Assembly (NCBI GenBank): GCA_963767735.1
Contig: CAVYES010000004.1
Coordinates: 384,001 to 448,000 of the forward strand
Direction of reading: 5' to 3'
From: Candidatus Bathyarchaeota archaeon
GTDB taxonomy: Archaea > Thermoproteota > Bathyarchaeia > Bathyarchaeales > Bathycorpusculaceae
DNA: 64,000 nucleotides
Shown: in pieces, positions 59,246 through 64,000 of the stretch
Layout: every line of letters starts with the position of its first letter
Position numbering within the stretch: position 1 is the stretch's first letter
Notes under the pieces: generated by a model
The model's database searches: none
Told to the model about the DNA's origin: nothing
What the model saw: the letters and a program-made list of their open reading frames with translations, nothing else
Position numbers and translations under genes: made by a program

Positions 59246-59875
59246 TCAAGTGGGTCCTTGAAACAGAGAGTCCGGAAGTGAAGGGTTAATTTGGATATTT
59301 GTGAACGTAGCTTTGTCTCCTGCGTTTGGTTGTCCGCTCGGTATGGTATAAGTGAAGCTTCCGGAGCCGCCGTAGTATTCTAGCATGTTTACGTATAAGC
59401 CTGCTGTTGATTGCACGCTGGATGAGATACTTGAGAAGTCAGTAGAAATATCCGTCCATTGTCCGTCTTGGTATACCCATGCCTTCTGCTCGCCTCCGTT
59501 TATAATGTAAATAAGTGTGCCGCTTGAAGGCGACGTTACTGCCTCGTATAGATCTACGTTAGATGTCCCAAGATTCTTTGTAGCATAAAACAAAGTGTCA
59601 AGTACTGTACCATTTGATGCGGTGCCTGTCTCGTTGAATTCATAGCTGGTTGCAGTTGCTATTTTGCTAGTTGAGGTTGAGGTAGGTGAAGCTGTTGGTG
59701 CTGTAGACGAAGCAGGTGTGGGTGTTGCAGAAGTACTCGGGCTGCTTTTACTACCACGTGTAGCCACATATACGCCGACTCCAACTACGACAATTGCGAT
59801 GACGACTATGACCACGATAATTAATGCGCTTATTCCGCGCACGCTTTTTTTACTTATTATTTTTCTTTCTCTCAT
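59246..59875 (-). CDS. membrane-anchored surface protein with class III (prepilin-like) signal peptide
   Basis: KKSVRG|ISAL followed by a hydrophobic helix, S/T-rich linker, C-terminal NPSLPDSLF. Confidence 0.7.
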   Translation of the reverse strand: MRERKIISKKSVRGISALIIVVIVVIAIVVVGVGVYVATRGSKSSPSTSATPTPASSTAPTASPTSTSTSKIATATSYEFNETGTASNGTVLDTLFYATKNLGTSNVDLYEAVTSPSSGTLIYIINGGEQKAWVYQDGQWTDISTDFSSISSSVQSTAGLYVNMLEYYGGSGSFTYTIPSGQPNAGDKATFTNIQINPSLPDSLFQGPT

Positions 59876-60117
59876 TTTTAATCCCTTATATTTCGCGCGA
59901 GCTATTATCGAAGTTTTTGCTGTTCCTCGAAAAATCACGCGCGATGCTTACTACCTTGAATAGGCAGCAATTGTGGTTAATAACAATGTGTTACTATCAT
60001 TCAACAGTCACAAGACATCATACGTGTACTTAATTTGGACCAACCAGAGCGATGCTTAATATTCAAATAAGAGAATTGGGTCTGGTAGGTTAGGCATTGA
60101 TTCAAGGATGTGAAATT

Positions 60118-61401
60118 ATGGCAGGGACGTTTGAGGTTGAGGAAACCGTTCGGGAAATTATTTTAGAGGACGATGTGGCGAAAAAAAGGCAGTTAGCCAA
60201 AAAGATCTTTACCGCTGCTTTCAATGAGGGGATTTATCCAGCAAGCATCTATGAATTTTATATGGCTCGCGGCAGAGGCGAATTCGCTGGTTTCACAGTT
60301 CCTGCGATAAATTTACGAAGCATGACTTATGATCTGGCACGCGCAATATTCAGAGTGGCAAACAAAAATGATTCCGGCGCTTTCGTCTTCGAGATTGCGC
60401 GCTCGGAGATCGGTTATACTAATCAGCCGCCGATTGAATTCGCAAGCATGGTTATGGCTGCAGCAATAAAAGAAGGCTATTCTGGTCCAGTCTTTATTCA
60501 GGGAGACCATTTCCAAGCCAACGCAGCCAAGTACAAAGAGAACCCTCAAAAGGAAATTGACGGCTTGCAAACTTTAATAGAAGACGCGGTTTCCTCGGGC
60601 TTCTTCAACATTGATATTGACTCATCAACACTGGTGGATTTGGCTAAGCCGAGTTTTAAAGAGCAGCAGCTTTTAAATTATGAAGTCTGCGCTAAGCTTA
60701 CTCAGTTTATCCGTCATCATGAGCCAGAAGGCATCAAGATTTCGGTAGGCGGCGAGATTGGCGAGATCGGGCATCAGAATTCGACGCCTGAAGATCTGCA
60801 GGTCTTTATGAGTGGCCTCAAAGAGAAGCTGGATAAGGATTTAACTGGAATAAGCAAGATTTCTGTGCAGACGGGAACAACTCATGGCGGCGTTGTTCTG
60901 CCTGACGGGTCAATCGCGCAAATCATGCTTGACTTTAACACGTTGAAAACTCTTTCTGAGATTGCCCGCAGAGAATATGGGTTGGCGGGAGCTGTTCAGC
61001 ATGGAGCATCAACGCTGCCTCCTGAAGCATTCCACAAGTTTGTCGAATGCGAAGCGGCTGAAGTACACTTAGCCACAGAATTCCAAAACATGATTTACGA
61101 ATCAAAGCATTTCCCAGCTGATCTAAAAGCCAAAATCTATGCATGGCTAAAAGTCAACGCCGCAAACGAAGCTAAACAAGGAGAAACTGAAGGCCAATTC
61201 CTCTACAAAACCCGCAAAAAAGGGTTAGGCCCATTCAAAAAAGAAATAATGAAACTGCCACAAGAAACCCGCGATGCAATTGCAGCTGAAATCGAAACAA
61301 AGTTCGATTTTCTATTCAAACAACTCAACATCGTAAACAAGAGAGAATTGCTGGACAAATACGTACATGCACCTTCAAACAAAGAAAAATATGTACCATA
61401 G
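60118..61401 (+). CDS. class II fructose-bisphosphate aldolase family protein
   Basis: VPAIN, QGDH, DIDSS, GEIGEIG, GTTHG and VQHGAST motifs. Confidence 0.85.
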   Translation: MAGTFEVEETVREIILEDDVAKKRQLAKKIFTAAFNEGIYPASIYEFYMARGRGEFAGFTVPAINLRSMTYDLARAIFRVANKNDSGAFVFEIARSEIGYTNQPPIEFASMVMAAAIKEGYSGPVFIQGDHFQANAAKYKENPQKEIDGLQTLIEDAVSSGFFNIDIDSSTLVDLAKPSFKEQQLLNYEVCAKLTQFIRHHEPEGIKISVGGEIGEIGHQNSTPEDLQVFMSGLKEKLDKDLTGISKISVQTGTTHGGVVLPDGSIAQIMLDFNTLKTLSEIARREYGLAGAVQHGASTLPPEAFHKFVECEAAEVHLATEFQNMIYESKHFPADLKAKIYAWLKVNAANEAKQGETEGQFLYKTRKKGLGPFKKEIMKLPQETRDAIAAEIETKFDFLFKQLNIVNKRELLDKYVHAPSNKEKYVP

Positions 61402-61505
61402 CATTCAAACCGCAGAAAAGCTTCATTTTTTTCTGCTCTTTTTCTTTGGTTGCAGGTTTATAGACCCGCAAAAAGCTTTTTAAGATCAATTTCAAACTAG
61501 ATAGT

Positions 61506-61937
61506 ATGTCTGCCAACAAAAAGAAGATGGTTTTGAACTGGAAAGGGAACTTTCGTTTTAAAGCCAAAAACGACAAGGGTCTTTCGGTGAACTTTGACGC
61601 GCCCGAAAAATATGGCGGAGAAGACACGGCGCCGACACCTATGGAAACGGTCTTGGCGAGTTTGGCGGGATGCACCAGTTTTGATGTTGTTAGCATTCTG
61701 AAAAAGAAAAGACAAAATATCTCGGGTTATTCCGTTGAGACCGAAGCTGAACGATCTGATGAACCGCCAGAGGTTTTCACCAAAATCCACATCAAATACA
61801 TCGTTAAAGGAAAAGATATCAGTAAAGAAGCGGTTGAGAGAGCAATCCAACTTTCACACGACAAATACTGTTCAGTAGGAGCGATGCTCAAGAAAACGGC
61901 AGAAATCACAACCTCATACGAAATAATACCCGAATAA
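61506..61937 (+). CDS. OsmC/YhfA family protein
   Basis: PTPME..LASLAGCT and KYCSV motifs. Confidence 0.92.
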   Translation: MSANKKKMVLNWKGNFRFKAKNDKGLSVNFDAPEKYGGEDTAPTPMETVLASLAGCTSFDVVSILKKKRQNISGYSVETEAERSDEPPEVFTKIHIKYIVKGKDISKEAVERAIQLSHDKYCSVGAMLKKTAEITTSYEIIPE

Positions 61938-62016
61938 TCTTGACTCATTCAAACTGAAGATTGTGATTATGCTGTTTTCCTAAACTATTAAGTAGACGTC
62001 CAACCCACGATATTGT

Positions 62017-63597
62017 ATGGCAAAAGCTGAGTCTCCAAAGATAACCTACGTTACTCTCTCCGCAGACGAAAGTATACACCCGAAATATGAGGTTGCTCTT
62101 GAAAAATTCGAAGGTGAACTAGGACGGCGCTACCCCATGTATATCGGAGAAGAAGAAGGATGGTCAGAAGGCGGCGAGTTTGAGCACTACAGCCCCATTG
62201 ACACGTCAATAACGATCGGTCGCTTTCAGGTCGGCACACAAGTCCACGCTAAACTTGCAATTGCGGCTGCCAAGAAAGCGTTCCCGAACTGGCATGGAAA
62301 AAACTGGCGGGAACGGGTCAAGATAATGAACAAGGTAGCCGATTTGATTGATGAGCGAAAGTTTGACATTGCGGTTGCCATCACCTATGAGGTCGGGAAG
62401 AACCGGCTTGAAGCCTTGGCAGAATGCTGGGAAGCAATTGATGCGATCAAGTTCTACTCAAAAATCATGGGGAAAAACAACGGATATATCGAAAACATGG
62501 AGTCAGGTGGTCCCGGCGAGCACTCCGTGGTGTTGTCGAAACCTTTCGGGGTTTGGCCTGTTATTTCACCCTTCAACTTTCCCTTTATGCTTGCAAACGG
62601 GATGGCACTTGGCGCTCTCCTTACAGGGAACACAGTTATTCTCAAACCAACCAGCGAGGCTCCTCTTACCGGGCTGATGCTATACAAAGTGTTCAAAGAC
62701 GCTGGAATCCCTGCGGGAGCAATTAACTATGTGACGGGTCCGGGTCCAAATTTCGAGAAGGAGTTCGGTTCAAATAGAGATGTGGCGGGAATCGCCTTTA
62801 CAGGTTCAAAAGACGTTGGCATGAGCCTGTATCATGAGTTCCTAAGTCAGCAGCCGTACCCTAAGCCGATTGTGCTCGAGATGGGAAGCAAAAACCCAGT
62901 TGTTGTAACTTCGTCCGCCAATATCGACAAGGCGGTCGAAGGCACAGTCAGGGCGGCATTCGGCTACGATGGCCAGAAATGCAGTGCAGCATCAAGAATC
63001 TATGTCCAAAGCACCATTCGAAATAATTTCTTGAAAGCGCTCCGCGAACGCGTCAACAAAATAGCCGTGGGCGACCCTAGGGAAAAAGACGTATTCATGG
63101 GACCGGTAATCAACAAAGGCGTAGTAGAGAAATTCACCGCGGCTCTGGCTGAAGCAAAAAAAGCCGGCGGAGAAGTGCTCATCGGAGGAAAAGTGCTCAA
63201 GAAAGGCAAATTCAGAAAAGGATACTACCTTTCTCCAACCATCATCACCGGGTTGCCAGAGACTCACAGGCTTTTCAAAGATGAGCTTTTCATGCCGTTG
63301 GTTGTCGTCAATGAATTCAACACTATAGAGGAAGCCGTTGCCAGAGTTAACGATACCGAGTACGGACTGACAGCAGGCATATTCTCAGAAAACCCCAAAG
63401 AGGTACAAACCTTCATGAACCAAGCGCAATTCGGCGTATTATACACGAACCGAAGTGGCGGAGCAACCACAGGAGCGTGGCCAGGCTCCCAATCCTTTAC
63501 GGGTTGGAACGCAAGCGGGGCAACAGGACGGGGTATAGGAGGACCACACTATTTGCTCAATTTTGTTCGCGACCAATCTCAAACACGCGTTTACTAA
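62017..63597 (+). CDS. aldehyde dehydrogenase (P5C-dehydrogenase-like)
   Basis: SPFNFP, FTGS, LEMGSKN, GQKCSA, ELFMP and YGLTAG motifs. Confidence 0.92.
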   Translation: MAKAESPKITYVTLSADESIHPKYEVALEKFEGELGRRYPMYIGEEEGWSEGGEFEHYSPIDTSITIGRFQVGTQVHAKLAIAAAKKAFPNWHGKNWRERVKIMNKVADLIDERKFDIAVAITYEVGKNRLEALAECWEAIDAIKFYSKIMGKNNGYIENMESGGPGEHSVVLSKPFGVWPVISPFNFPFMLANGMALGALLTGNTVILKPTSEAPLTGLMLYKVFKDAGIPAGAINYVTGPGPNFEKEFGSNRDVAGIAFTGSKDVGMSLYHEFLSQQPYPKPIVLEMGSKNPVVVTSSANIDKAVEGTVRAAFGYDGQKCSAASRIYVQSTIRNNFLKALRERVNKIAVGDPREKDVFMGPVINKGVVEKFTAALAEAKKAGGEVLIGGKVLKKGKFRKGYYLSPTIITGLPETHRLFKDELFMPLVVVNEFNTIEEAVARVNDTEYGLTAGIFSENPKEVQTFMNQAQFGVLYTNRSGGATTGAWPGSQSFTGWNASGATGRGIGGPHYLLNFVRDQSQTRVY

Positions 63598-63716
63598 TTA
63601 AAAAAAAGATACCGTAGATTTTGGCCTATATAGCCACAAAACTTGTTGACTCTGGTTCATGAGGTCTACCATAGGTTTCAAACATGATGCTTGGAAAAAA
63701 AGAAATTGAAAGAGGT

Positions 63717-63803
63717 TTACTCTTCGTCTTCGCAGTCTTCACAATCGCAGTCGTCTTCGCAATTCTCTTCTTCTTCTTCGCGCCCAAATATGTTCATTAC
63801 CAT
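63717..63803 (-). CDS. 28-aa acidic Cys-rich peptide
   Basis: MVMNIFGREEEEENCEDDCDCEDCEDEE; BRE/TATA-like GCGAAGACTTATAGG about 35 nt upstream. Confidence 0.5.
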   Translation of the reverse strand: MVMNIFGREEEEENCEDDCDCEDCEDEE

Positions 63804-64000
63804 TTTTAAAAACCAACAAATCTTAACACTGGCAACCTATAAGTCTTCGCTAAAACTCTTTGGATTCAAATTCCTGTTGGACACACCATAATCTTGAACT
63901 GTAAAAAACTTAAATCGAATTCGATTAACATTAAAGTTTAACATTTTATGATTGGACGATTTATTAGGAGGACCTCTTTAAACTCTGAAGGCAGTTAAGA

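Noticed and set aside
63691-63891. 66-aa Ser-rich + strand ORF
   Set aside because: Better explained as the antisense shadow of the acidic peptide on the minus strand.

Overview
A 64-kb archaeal chromosomal window. Gene content and protein style point to a TACK archaeon, most likely Bathyarchaeia (inference). It holds housekeeping genes (partial mdh, pyrB, nop5-flpA, rnhB, tpiA, galT, nadA, trxA, ATP-dependent lig, nreA, tRNA-Asp), a PAS-rich two-component cluster, a NikR/NiCoT nickel locus, a VapBC pair and many surface genes (four PQQ-type beta-propeller proteins, beta-helix proteins, four GT-C membrane glycosyltransferases). The most striking element is a winged-HTH + ATP-cone + class III ribonucleotide reductase (NrdD) fusion that appears to lack both catalytic cysteines and the glycyl-radical glycine, so it may be a nucleotide-sensing regulator built from a dead enzyme. 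The ORF track also misses several things: three paralogous 42-48 aa CxxC zinc-ribbon microproteins (two sharing an upstream palindrome), an RHH microprotein, a promoter-preceded 16-bp hairpin (candidate sRNA), a duplicated ~100-bp promoter with GACTAA boxes beside a frameshifted membrane-anchored wHTH regulator, and a 28-aa acidic Cys-rich peptide. No CRISPR array, rRNA or transposase was recognised. All family assignments come from reading motifs by eye; no searches were run.
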